64,000 bases of DNA, from the NCBI GenBank assembly GCA_951406725.2, contig OX597814.1, positions 72,168,001-72,232,000 on the forward strand, read 5' to 3'. Of the stretch, positions 38,500 through 50,980 are shown in pieces. The first letter of the stretch is position 1; each line of letters starts with the position of its first letter. The position numbers and the translations under genes are program-made. Below the pieces are notes generated by a model. That model was not told the origin of the DNA, did not search any database, and saw only the letters and a program-made list of their open reading frames with translations. The DNA comes from Octopus vulgaris. Taxonomy: Eukaryota.

Positions 38500-38800
38500 A
38501 ATGGTACACAAACTGAGAGCCATTTCTATTTAATAGATAGTCCAGGAAGATTTACGTAATACTTTGACAACTCATCTGAACTGTAAAGGAAAAGTAGTAT
38601 AAGCATTTGCTACCATAGACATTGCAACTGAATTGTTGGAAGGTGACAAAACAATTCACTGTGGATTCAGATTTCCAATATCTGCACCAGTGCTTCAGTA
38701 AGTAGCATAAAAAATGAAATCATAGAAGGCCATCATGACAACAAAAGAATTACTTATTGATGAAGCTTCAATGTTGTCATGGTTCTCTTTGAGACTTACA
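38500..38800 (+). mobile_element. Degraded Helitron PIF1-like helicase fragment
   Basis: Peptides YLIDSPG, ATIDIATELLEGDKTIHCGFRFP and LIDEASML match PIF1/Helitron helicase motifs I, Ia and II; the frames are broken. Confidence 0.65.
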
Positions 38801-39244
38801 GATCTTTTATTTAAAAATATTTCATATTTGACCATTTACCAGGAACATGGTTATACTGGTTTGTTTTCTGCCAACAAATAATGTCCTCCTATAGAGAAAT
38901 GTTGCTGATATTTTTGAAAACAGAAAATTGGTTTTGCTATAGTTTTATAATGACACAAATTGAATAGAATGACATATACATAAGCTAAACTCTATAAAGT
39001 ATTATATGATTTGATAATGGCAGTGTGTGTACACATGCATGTGTTTGTTAGTGTATTAGGAACTAACATTTGTCTTCTCAAAAACTACTGTTCTACTGAC
39101 CTTGAGGTTGACTAACAATAAAAAAAAAATATTAACCAGAGATGTTGTTTTGTGCTTTGACCTTAGCACTAAAGAATCAAAGCCAGAATCTATGCCAGAT
39201 TGGATAGCTTTCTATTTCAAAAGTTACACCTGACAGAACCATTA

Positions 39245-39655
39245 ACCTGCCAGGCAAAATGCTTAGTGGCATTTCTTTTGGCTTTGCATTCTGAGTTCAA
39301 ATTCTAAAGAGGTCAACTTTACCTTTCATCTTTTTGGAGTCAATAAAATAAGTACCAGTTGAGTACTGGAGTTAAAGTAATTAACTTACTCTTCCCTTAA
39401 AATTGTTGGTCTAGTGACAAAATTAGAAGTATTATTTTTAATGAAGGCAACAATCTAACAGAATCATTAGTGCATTGGACAAAATGCCTTGTAGCATTTC
39501 TTTATGTTCTAAGTTGAAATACCACCAAGGTCAACTTTGCTTTCATTCTTTCGAGGTCAATAAAATGAGTACCAATTGAGCACTGGAGCCAATGTAATCA
39601 ACTAGCACCTCTCCCAGTGTTTTGGGCCTTGTGCCTATAGCAGAAAGTATTATTA
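39245..39655 (+). mobile_element. Two tandem SINE family B copies
   Basis: Head-to-tail copies at ~39245-39432 and ~39445-39655. Confidence 0.78.
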
Positions 39656-40349
39656 TAGATTTTTATTTATTTATTTTATTTCTATTAACCATGAAGAAAA
39701 AAAGACAAAAGAAAGTATAGAAAGGCAGGTAAAACAATCCAAAGAATCTAATAACTCTTTTTAGTAGAGAAGATATTTTTATAGTAAGTTCTGTAAGATA
39801 TATTCCTGTGTAAGAATTGATCAAATTAAGATACTATCTTTAAAAAGAATTTAGCAATTTCTATAGATTACATTTTTGAAATTATTTTTCTTCAAATATT
39901 TTGAATTGCTTTAGAATAATTAACAATTTGTGAATTTTTAATTCTATAGCAATCATCAACTTTTACCTTATATTACTCAATAATAGATATTGTAACAGAG
40001 AATGGACAGTTTTAAATTTAATTTCCATCAAAATATTTCCATTTTTATTAATTAAATTTTGAGGTTATTATATGAATTGTATTGAAAATTTACATACATG
40101 ATGTGTCTTCATATCTCAGAAAAAGTCAGTTTAAATGCAATCTCAAACCAAGACTTAATTTAATATTCTTAGCTATATTGATGCTTTTCTTGAGATGTTA
40201 ATTTTGTTGTAGTTTATTGGATTTACTGTCATTTTTACCACTTGATATTTTTTCATTCAAATTGCCTTATATTTAAATTTTAAACTTAATTTTTTTTAAA
40301 TTAAATTCACAGTGTAAATTTATTTGCCCTATTTCTGGATTCTTTGCAG

Positions 40350-40490
40350 CAAATTTTAAACAATGAACAACACACTAAAGGTCTAATGTTAAAGTTACAA
40401 GATTACTATTTTAGTGAGCGACTTTATCTGCTGGGTTGCCTTAAATACATAATTAGTAATGGTCAAGAGATCAGCACACATCCTTACCAG
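40350..40490 (+). CDS. NUP188: NUP188 exon
   Basis: tctttgcAG / GTAAGA. Encodes QILNNEQHTKGLMLKLQDYYFSERLYLLGCLKYIISNGQEISTHPYQ, similar to recalled LILKIADYYYEERTCILRC...HPYR; 141 nt. Confidence 0.92.
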
Positions 40491-42309
40491 GTAAGACTTT
40501 TTCTTACTACATATACTCAATTCTAGCTGGAACTAAAGATAATCTGAAGATCATTTTACAAAAAAAAACAGTGTTAATTGCAAACTATATTGTTTTAGTT
40601 ATATGCAATGTTATTATAATTCATTTCTATCTCTGCTTCTATGTGGAATATTACTATATTCCAGCTGAATTTACTATTAGAAGTTAATTTTATTATGATA
40701 TTTTTGTTATATTTTTTGTAATTAAACTATAATATTATTTTTTTGTTTTTAGTTATACCTTTACTGTGACAATTATGTAAATTAGTTTCCATTTTAGAGA
40801 AGTTATTGCTAACAATTGCTTATATATTCCACATCTTTGAAATTGTCCAAAATTTAACTTATTGGTACTGTTTTATAACCATTGTTTTCTATCAGTATTC
40901 AGATATGCCCCAAACTATTATGGATGCATTATCTCAAAAAATGTGCTTTTCATAATTATGCCAGTGGGCCTGCTTTTTTTTTATTGGATAAACTTTATTC
41001 TAACATATGATATTTAAGGCACCTAAGTGAAAGATGTAAAAGTCTCTCAGTGCATTGCTCAAAGATTTGTATGTTCCTAAGATGCTGCTGTAAATGCTCT
41101 ATATAAATTGGTAAAGACATCCATTTTCTGAAATATTTGAAAATTCTTTTTCTTTGGCTATATAAAAAGCTGTTTTGCTGGTGAATATAGTTTACAAGAA
41201 TCAGCATAACAATATATAACAAATATTGATTTATTGTATAATTTCATTAATCAAGCATTGTTTTGTGCATGTGTGTGCATGCAATACTTTCTGTTCCATT
41301 ATTACAACATAAATCAACTTTGTCTATGATATCAACATGACAGTATGGAATTATGGTATAAAATTATAGTTAATTTTACCAAGAACTTATGGAATGATAG
41401 GTATGTTATTAATGTATGTGTAGTATACTACTTTAAAAAACATTTCAAATCCATTTATACTGCAAAGAGTATGTTTACATTATTTGAACAAAACTATCCA
41501 TTTTTTTTTCTCTGCACAAAAACTGAAGAAATTTCTCTATTTTTCCGTGACTCTTATACTTGATTCATATTTTTTGCATGTTCAGATGAATGTGCTGATG
41601 AGAAGCAAAAAATATCAAAATCAAAATCTAGTCAATAATATATTGACTAGATTTTTAAAAACATCACATATAATCAAAAGCACTTAGTTATAAATGTGTT
41701 GCAATGAAACAGCTTATATTAATAATAGCGGCGGTGTTAACAGCAACAACACTAGTAGTGGTGGTAGTAGTAGTTGTTGTAGTAGTAATTTCTTTTACAA
41801 ATGATAATTTTTTTTGGTTCATTTAATAATAAATTATTATTGGGAGATGAAAGTGAAAAATACTAGCAACAGTTGGAGCACAACCTTACACACAATCCAA
41901 AAGATCGCTCTTCTTTATGAGAGACAGCCCAAATCCAACACAAGACACTGTCAATTCAATAGCATAACTGAAACAGTACATTCTCTGCATTCAACACATC
42001 CCTTAATACTTACTCTACAGAACAATAATGTAAACCATGCAAGATATACACTACACAATCACCACCCAATAAAATAATGCAACTCAAATTACATGTATGC
42101 TTCACAAAAGATGAAACATTAGAATAACACCAGTAGCAACAACACAAATATCATAACAATGCAAAATTGATGTAGTTTACATACACAACTGTACTTGCTC
42201 AAAAGACAATGATGCAGAACACAGAAATGCACTTGGGGATGCAATGGAAAGTTGCACAAAACTGTTCAAATCATGATAATAAACAATCATGATGATGATG
42301 ACGATAATT

Positions 42310-42470
42310 ATTCTTTCTACTGAAGACACAAGGCCCTGAAACTTGTAGGGAGGGAACTAGTCGATTACATCAATCCCAGTGTTTCACTGGTACTTAATTT
42401 ATCGACCCTGAAAGGATGAAATGCAAAGCCAACTTCAGTGGAATTTGAACTCAGAACATAGTAACGGGTG
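42310..42470 (-). mobile_element. SINE family B copy (5'-truncated)
   Basis: Reverse complement of the family B body and tail. Confidence 0.78.
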
Positions 42471-42479
42471 AATAATAAG

Positions 42480-43125
42480 TGCTTGTGAAAGTCTTGCGCA
42501 GAAAGAGTACAAGCACAGGCACAACAAAGTAGCCCAGAACCTTCACTGGCTACTATGCCAGAAGTATGGATATGTGTTAACAGGTGCTTGGTACCAACAT
42601 ACACTGGAAAAGGTAATGAACAAATAGGGGAAGGCAAAAATCCTCTGGGACTTTGACTTCCAGACAGACAAGGTGTTAGAGCATCAAAGGCCAGATGTAG
42701 TAACCTTCAGGAGGGACAAACAAAAGCGCTTAATAATCGATGTGGCAGTGCCAGGAGATCAACATATTATCATGAAAGAAAGAGAAAAGATTGATAAATA
42801 TGGAGGCCTGGGAATTGAGATCGCTAAAATGTGGTAGCTACGAGAGTCAAACATAAAGGTTGTCCCTATTGTCATCAGAGCATTGGATTCAATACCATCC
42901 AATTTGAAAAAACATCTAAAAACTTAAGAAATATCCTACAATCCAGGTTTATTGCAAAAATTGGCATTACTTGGAACTGCACACATATTGCGTAAAGTAC
43001 TCTGTCTGAGGTCCCTGTTGTGACTTAACACACAGTACAAACTGCTGGTACACACATCTTCAATCAGTATCTTCAATCAACAACATCATGATATTGGATA
43101 CTGTGCAATGTCTTAAATAATAATG

Positions 43126-43160
<35 letters not shown>
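42480..43160 (+). mobile_element. R4/Dong-like non-LTR retrotransposon 3' end (restriction-like endonuclease)
   Basis: KILWDFDFQTDKVLEHQRPDVV...LIIDVAVPGD...EREKIDKY...KVVPIVI...LLQKLALLGTAHILRKVL, the RPD..D..K RLE signature, followed by a (TAA)n tail at 43116-43160. Confidence 0.88.
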
Positions 43161-43161
<1 letters not shown>

Positions 43162-43545
43162 TAGTGGACAAGGTGCACCACATGTGCTGTATAATTGATG
43201 TCACATGTCCCTTTGACCCACAAATAGTCAGGAAGGAAGGCAAAAAATTAGACATACATAATCCTCTTAAATAGTCCAGCTCTGGAAAATGAAGGTGAAG
43301 ATAGTGCCAATTATTGTTGGGTCTTTGGGGACAGTAACAGAAGGTATCATGAGGAATATAAAGGAAATTGGAATAGAGTGCCCAGTCGAACTGTTACAAA
43401 AGGTTTGCCTCCTTGGCATGGCCAGGATAATCAGGAAAGTATTAGATAGTTGGAAAGAGCAGATAGCATGGGAACATAGCTGCAGGCAGCAAGCCTGCTA
43501 TGCATGCAAGACTCCAGAAGTTCCAACAAAACCCGAGTTAAAAAG
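43161..43545 (+). mobile_element. Second R4/Dong-like RLE fragment (different subfamily)
   Basis: CCIIDVTCPFD...KVKIVPIIVGSLGTV...LLQKVCLLGMARIIRKVLD; begins directly after the (TAA)n tract. Confidence 0.85.
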
Positions 43546-43549
43546 AATG

Positions 43550-43770
43550 ATTTCCTGTTTTTGGCTCAAGGTCAGCAATTTTTTAAGGAGAGTGGGAATA
43601 GTCGATTACACTGATCTCAGTGCTCCTCAACTGGTACTTATATTGTCAACCCCACTGAAAGGATGAATGTCAAAGTTGACCTCAGTGGAATTTGAATTTA
43701 GAACATAGACCCAAAGGAAATGCTATTAAGCATTTTATCTGCACTAATGATTCTGTCACCTCACTACCTT
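43550..43770 (-). mobile_element. SINE family B copy
   Basis: Reverse complement of family B. Confidence 0.75.
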
Positions 43771-43801
43771 AATAATAATTATTGTTATTATTTTCATTAT
43801 T

Positions 43802-44350
43802 GTGTGAGAGAGCAGCACATGTCATCAAAGTGACACTGTGGTGTAAATATACAAAGCCCAGTATACCCATCGGAACTACCCATCTGATAAGGGTACACCA
43901 GGCACATGCATTACAACCATATATGTGCGACATGGTGATCTCATATCAAGATAAATAGCACATGACCTTGCAGGTGGGACCCAGTTAGAATTTATTTCAG
44001 GTTAAGTAGCTAATCCTGTTGAAAAAGTCTTGTTTAAAAGGCTTGTTTAAGGATGTTGAAGAAAACCTCCTTGTTTCCAAAAGTGAATTATTCATACCCA
44101 AAATTTTCTCAACACATGGCTATGGTGCTCCCTCACTATTTCTTCTCATGATCAGAGATGCACATATTGTCAGCCAATAAAAGTCATGCTCAACTGGTTA
44201 TGGTCAAACAACTGACAAGTAAATCTGTGGTACTGAGTAGAATAATTGCTGTAGCCCATCTTTTATACCAAGACAAAACATGTATATGATAACACTGCCA
44301 ATCAGTTAAGATCAGAAGCCATGAGAGCCAGTACCTGGTATTGCATCAAA
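43802..44350 (-). mobile_element. Family C repeat
   Basis: Similar to 9844-10410. Confidence 0.85.
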
Positions 44351-44479
44351 TTGCACCAAGGTCAACTTTGCTTTTCATCCTTTTGGGGTCAATGAAATGA
44401 GTACTAGTTGATGTAATTGACTTACCCCCTCCCCCAAAATTTCAGGCCTTGTGACTATTGTAGGAAGGATTATTATTCA

Positions 44480-45620
44480 CCATCATTTGAAATCCATTGT
44501 CTATGTTGGCATGGGTTGGACAGTTTGACCAAGGCTGGTAAGCTGAGGGGCTGCACCAGACTCCAGTCTGATTTGGCATGGTTTCTTCAACTGGATACTC
44601 TTCCTAACGCCAACCACTCTGAGAACTGTCAGCATATTGCCAATGGTCTCAGTCATTTGTCATTGCCTCCATGAGGCCCAATGCTCAAAAGGTTCTTTTT
44701 ACATGCCACTGGCACAGGTGCTAATTACACAGTATTAGCATTAGTCACATTCCTCCATGAGGCCCAGTGCTCAAGAGATGTATTTTGCATGCCACCGACA
44801 CAGGCACCAGTTACATGACTCTAGCATCAACCACAACTGCAATTTCACTTGGCTTGACAGATTTTCTCAAGCATGGCATTAATCATTGCCTCTGTGAGGC
44901 ATAACGTTTGAAGATCATGCTTCACCACCTTGTCTCATGTCTTCCTGGGATTACCTCTACCACAGTTTCTCTCCACAGTTAGAGATTGGCATTCTTTACA
45001 CAACTGTCCTTGTACATGACCATACTAGTACATTTGTCACTCTTGCACATCACATATGATGCCACTTATGCTCAACTTAGCTCTCAAGATATTTACATTC
45101 TGTTGTACATGCATACTGACATTGCACATCCAGCAAAGCATGCTAGCTTCATTTCTTTGAAGCCTACGCATGTCCTCGGTGGTCACAGCCCATGTTTCAC
45201 TGTTGTGTAGCATAGCTGTTTGCACGTAGGCATCATACAGTCTGCCTTTCACTCTAAGAGATAGGCTTTTTGTTGACAACAAAGGTAGAAGCTCTCTGAA
45301 CTTTGCCCAGCCTGTTCTAACAACTACACTCTCAGGGCATCCACCTCCACTGCTAACTTGGTCACCTAGATAACAGAAGCAATTAGCTACCTCTAACATA
45401 TCCCTGGCATTTGTAGGAGTGTATTTTCTATACACTTTTAGTGTTCATTGTACCTATGCACCTTTCAAACACAAAAACTATTTTCTGTTAACCTTCCTCT
45501 GATATTGCTGTACCTCTTATGTGTCCATAGCTTCCTCTGGGTACATCTTATGCAATTTCTACCTATGTCTTTCCTACAGATCAAGCAGGGCCATCTACCT
45601 GAAGGGATTTGTGATTAGTC
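44480..45620 (-). mobile_element. Older degraded copy of the PHD-RTE LINE (3' part)
   Basis: ORF 45037-45435 encodes YLGDQVSSGGGC...WAKFRELLPLL...HNSETWAVT. The 3'UTR terminus is at 44480-44620. Confidence 0.88.
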
Positions 45621-46185
45621 TTCTCTTAAATAAAAGTAGATATGAAAATGAGGAAAATGGTCCTCATTCTAGACCACAAGTTGTGGTTTGTTAGGAAGCA
45701 AAATTAAACTGAGTACAACACCAATTTTGTGAAACAACAGATCATCATCATTGTAATAATCCTTACTACTCTAGGCACAAAGCATATAATAGCAGAGAGA
45801 GGGCTAATGTTGTGGAACGATTCTGACCACTCCCAACTGACTAAAAGTGGAATGACACATTGCTGTAATATAAAGAACTGTCAGCAATTGGAAAGCAGTT
45901 CACTGTGAACCACTGGCAAAGAGCATTTAACCTCGTGTAACAGTAATAGTAGTGCATTGTGTGAATGCTTTCTTTTCCCCCTGCTTCATTAAATTATTTA
46001 TCCAACATCAGGATATAAAAGTCAATTACATTGACCCCAGTGCTCAACTATTATTTTATCAACCTTAAAAGGATGAAAGGCAAATTCAACCTCAGCAAAA
46101 TTTGAACTCAAATCATAAAGACAAACAAAATACTGTTAAGCATTTTGTCTGTTGTGTCAATGATTCTGCCAGCTCACAACCTTAA

Positions 46186-47254
46186 CCCTTTCGTTACTAT
46201 ATTTCTGACCAAAACTATGTGTTTCAATTAATTTCTAACATAATCATAAATTTAGTCTGGTTTCATTAAACAACTATAACATTTTTATATATCAATATAT
46301 TAACGTGAATTTTGGAAGATAATTTAATGAAATGTTCTCAACCAATTCTATACTATAATTTTTGTCACAAAGTGACTCTAATTGCAGGTAGATACAAGTA
46401 AATTCAACAAAATATAAAATTATTAAAATTTTGTTCAAACATCGCTATAGAAAATGGGTTATTAGCTAATATTCAATTGGGTATACAACAAAATTTTACG
46501 ATAGAATTTGTTATTCTGGGTAACTTTCTGATATCCATAATAATATTTATGGCAAAACAGTCTTAATTTCATTTAAGGTTATGGGAATCCACTAACTATC
46601 CTTTCTTTCGTTTTGTTTACATTTAGCGTAACGGTTCGTTTCCGCCGTAATGAGTTCAAATAGGCTCATTCGAAAAAGTAAAAAGAAATAGTCTAAGGCT
46701 TTACTCTTCTGGGAAAGTCTGTGGCTTGGTCCAGTTTCTTCAGAAAAATCACCGAAAGAAACAGTTTTTAAATTTTCACTCCATTCAGGTGCCAATTCAT
46801 TTTCTTTATCGCTGTCGGAGCTCTCGGATTCACTGTTTTCACTTTCGGAAAATGAAACATCAGATTCATTATCAAATACCACATGCTTTTTTTTTTCAGT
46901 CATAGAGTTAGATTTATGAAGGTCTTCAGTAGAAAATCCTTTGAATTCTGACTCGCTGCTTGATATAATAAAATTTGTATCCATTTTTTGTCAGAATTAC
47001 AAATATTGAAAACACAATAGGAACAAATTTCGGAAAAAAATCTCCCAAAATTCACGGAAGTAAAATTACACTTCGATCATTGTACTCAACTGTAGATAAA
47101 CTGTTTACGAAGTATAATCACTTGTTTTCACGAATGTACTAAAGAGATTTGCTCTGATATTCTCATTTAAATATGAATAGGTAAATACGGGCAGGTTTGG
47201 GCAGTTTGGTCACATTAACCAAAATTTTTTTCGGGCGGTTTGGTAACGAAAGGG
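46186..47254 (-). mobile_element. Internally deleted piggyBac transposon
   Basis: TIRs ccctttcgttac / gtaacgaaaggg, flanked by TTAA and TTAG. ORF 46592-46984 has an acidic N-terminus and LDYFFLLF...ITAETNRYA, typical of a piggyBac transposase N-terminus. Confidence 0.9.
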
Positions 47255-47329
47255 TTAGTCATAATAATGATGATGATAATACTAATATTGAAGGAGTGAA
47301 AATAAATTTTAGGATTTCTTTTCAAACAG

Positions 47330-47386
47330 GATGTTTATTATGAATTTCTTACATCACTACAGAAAGAAAATCAGCTCATCAAAAGT
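47330..47386 (+). CDS. NUP188: NUP188 exon
   Basis: ttttcaaacAG / GTAAGT. Encodes DVYYEFLTSLQKENQLIKS; 57 nt, phase 0-0; fills the expected gap between HPYQ and the PTWETHG exon. Confidence 0.8.
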
Positions 47387-49121
47387 GTAAGTATTTGGTT
47401 TAAATTTTTTATCTAGAACAACCGTATTTATATTTTATTTCATTTTAAATAACAATAACTAAATACATGTGAAGAACATTTGTAACCAAAGTGATGAATT
47501 TGGAAGACATGTAAAATCAGTTGTTCAGAAAAGGTGTTAGCAGAGTGTTCTAAAGGAAAACATTGTTATAGAAAAGTAAATGTATTTAGGTATAAGGTGG
47601 AAGAAACAGATTGGATAGAGAAATACTAACAGCTTAATCAGCTGTAGCCTCACAGGAGCTATAAAGCAATTTGAGAATTCTTAAATATAGAATCTATTGT
47701 ATTATAGGTAGAGTATAAAATCGCAAGTTCCAGTGGATCCTAAGGTGAGATGAAAAACAAAAGAGTTAGTATCAAATTGGTTGTATTTTGCAATTAAGTA
47801 GATACACTTGAAAATATTCCATGTGGGTAAACATTATCAGCTTTTGTTGTTCACATATATATTTATTAAATTGCTTTAGAATATTTGTGGTTTTATAGTT
47901 TGCCTACTTCAGACAGTTAAAAAGAACAAGAAATAATAAAATTATACATTTCATTTTTATATGATTTATATTTGCATTTGCCAATTATGATTTTTATTTA
48001 TGTGTATTCTTTCTTGCATTTTATGAATAGGAAAGTATATACAATCATGAAGAAAAACATTTTATCGATATTTCTATTCACTCTATGGAATCATAGGAAT
48101 AAAATGAATAGCCAGCATACAATCTATTATATACATATATGTATACATATATATCATTGTTTTTTCTACTGGTTTCTCAATAGCCTCTCTTCTCATAACT
48201 TTAAAACTTTCATCTCTGTTGCAATGGAGCTCTTCAATCAATCAATTCTTGAATAATGGAAAAGTATTTTCATACTTGCTGGATTTGAACTAAGTTTTAT
48301 ATGTCCATCCAGTTGTTTCCAAACCAGTTTGGAAAACACAATCACAGCCATTTCATAAATTTATAAATATCATTAATTACTTTCATTTTTCTGTATTGAC
48401 CATATCTTTATATTTGCATTATTGGCAGTGAAAAATAATTAATTCTTATAAGATAGTATAATACTATAGAATACGTGTTGCCTGCTCATCATACATTATG
48501 ACAAAGATATTGCATATATTTCAAAACTAACTGTTGTCAGATACAACACTCAAAAGATTTCAGAACTACATCATTTTCATGAGTAAAATTCATGTAAAAG
48601 GTAATGTAGAAAACTTCATCTTGTAAAAGTACAAACTTAATTTTCATGCTTTATCTCTCACTATAGCCGATATTTCCTTCTCTAGCTACTTAACAAGAAA
48701 CTAATCAATCATGTGACAATTATCCATCTACTACTCCATCATTTCAGAAAATTTCGCAATAAGTAAATTGCTTCTAGTTACAACTAGTTTTCATTAATGG
48801 ACATAATTGGTATTATTTTTTAATTAATTATGCTATTTCAATGTTAGAATGTTCTTGGATTCAGTGGAAAGCTATTTGTTGATTTTTGCAGTGTATGACT
48901 TTTAATAAAACCCTTTCAAGCAAACTATTACTAGGTGTTACATTAAATATCATCATCATCATCATCATCATCGTTTAGCGTCCGCTTTCCATGCTAGCAT
49001 GGGTTGGACGGGTCAACTGGGGTCTGTGAAGCTGGAAGGCTTCGTCAGGCCCAGTCAGATCTGGCAGTGTTTCTACGGCTGGATGCCCTTCCTAACGCCA
49101 ACCACTCCGTGAGTGTAGTGG

Positions 49122-49550
49122 GTGTTTTTTACGTGCCACCTGCACAGGTGCCAGACAGAGCTGGCGAACGGCCACGAACGGATGGTGCTTTTACGTGTCA
49201 CCGGCACGGGGCCAGGCGATGCTGGCAACGGACACGAACGGATGGTGCTTTTACGTGCCACCGACACGGGGCCTGACAGAGCTGGCAAACGGCCACGAAC
49301 GGATGGTGCTTTTACGTGCCACCGACACGGGGCCAGACAGAGCTGGCAAACGGCCACGAACGGACGGTGCTTTTACGTGTCACCGGCATGGGGCCAGGCG
49401 AGGCTGGCAACGAACACGAACGGATGGTGCTTTTACGTGCCACCGACACGGGGCCAGGCAGAGCTGGCAAACGGCCACGAGTGAATGGTGCTTTTACGTA
49501 TCACCGGCACGGGTGCCAGACGAGGCTGACAGTGGACACGAATGGATGGG
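49122..49550 (-). repeat. Tandem array of about seven 58-59-bp modules in the RTE 3'UTR
   Basis: Plus-strand unit ggtgcttttacgtgccaccgacacggggccagacagagctggcaaacggccacgaacggat, repeated with variants. Confidence 0.93.
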
Positions 49551-49597
49551 TCACTTAACCCCCTGCTTTCTGATATATGATTTGATTTTGATTGTTC

Positions 49598-50980
49598 TCA
49601 CTGGTCTTGCCGGGTCTTCTCACGCACAGCATACTTCCATAGGTCTCGGTCTCTGGTCATTTCCTTGGTGAGACCTAGAGTTCGAAGGTCGTGCTTCACC
49701 ACCTCGACCCAGGTTTTCCTGGGTCTACCTCTTCCACAGGTCCCCTCAACTGCCAGGGTGTGGCACTTTTTCACACACCTATCTTCATCCATTCTCACCA
49801 CATGACCATACCAGCGCAATCGTCTCTCTTGCACACAACATCTGATTCCTCTTAGGTCCAACTTTTCTCTCAAGGTACTTACACTCTGTCGACTATGAAC
49901 ACTGACATTACACATCCAACGGAGCATACTAGCTTCATTTCTCGCAAGCTTATGCATGTCCTCAGCAGTCACGGCCCATGTTTCACTGCCATGTAGCATG
50001 GCTGTTCGTACACATGCATCATACAGTCTGCCTTTTACTCTGAGCGAGAGGCCTTTAGTCACCAGCAGAGGTAAGAGCTCCCTGAACTTTGCCCAGGCTA
50101 TTCTTACTCTAGCTGTTACACTTTCAGCACACCCACCCCCACTACTGACTTGGTCACCAAGATAAAGGAAGCTATCAACTACTTCTTGTTTTTTCCCCTG
50201 GAAAGTGACGGAAGTTGTTTTCTGCAGATTTTCAGAGGTTAATGCTCCCGAGCATCTGCCACATACAAAAACCATCTTCCTAGTTAGCCTTCCTATGACA
50301 TTGCTGCACCTCTTATGTGTCCATAGCTTACACTTGGTGCATCTTATAGAGTTTCTACCTACACCTTTTCTACAGATCGAGCAGGGCCATCTACCTGAAG
50401 GCGTTTGTGATTTGTCTACCTTCCTACTTATTAGGACTTTGGTTTTAGCTAGGTTGACTCTAAGGCCCTTCGATTCTAAACCATGCTTCCACACCTGAAA
50501 CTTCTTCTCCAGTTCTGATAATGACTCAGCAATTAGAGCAAGGTCATCAGCATAGAGGAGCTCCCAGGGGCATCCTGTCTTGAATTCCTCCGTTATTGCC
50601 TGGAGGACTATGATAAATAGGAGGGGGCTGAGGACTGAGCCTTGGTGGACCCCTACCTCTACCCGGAATTCTTCACTGTACTCATTTCCAACCTTCACCT
50701 TACTAGCAGCGTCCCTGTACATGGCTTGCACAGCTCTCACTAACCATTCTTCTATTCCTAGTTTCCTCATTGACCACCATATGAGGAATCGGGGGACCCT
50801 GTCGAAGGCTTTCTCCATGTCAACAAAAGCCAGGTACAGGGCCTTATCTTTGGCTAGGTATTTCTCCTGCAGCTGCCTTACCAGGAATATAGCATCAGTG
50901 GTACTTTTCCCTGGCACGAAACCAAACTGCATCTCATCTAAACTAACTCTCTCTCTAATTAGTTGGCTTATGACCCTCTC
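49598..50980 (-). pseudogene. RTE ORF, 3' part: reverse transcriptase, PHD-like finger and C-terminal domain
   Basis: QFGF, FVDMEKAFDRV, GVHQGSVLSPLLF, LLYADDL, a C4HC3 cluster, YLG, LHGSETW, RLRWYGHV, RGRPRKTW. Confidence 0.95.

Noticed and set aside
49122-49550. CRISPR-like appearance of the regular repeat array
   Set aside because: The units are near-identical along their whole length with no unique spacers, there are no cas genes, and the array lies inside a eukaryotic LINE 3'UTR.
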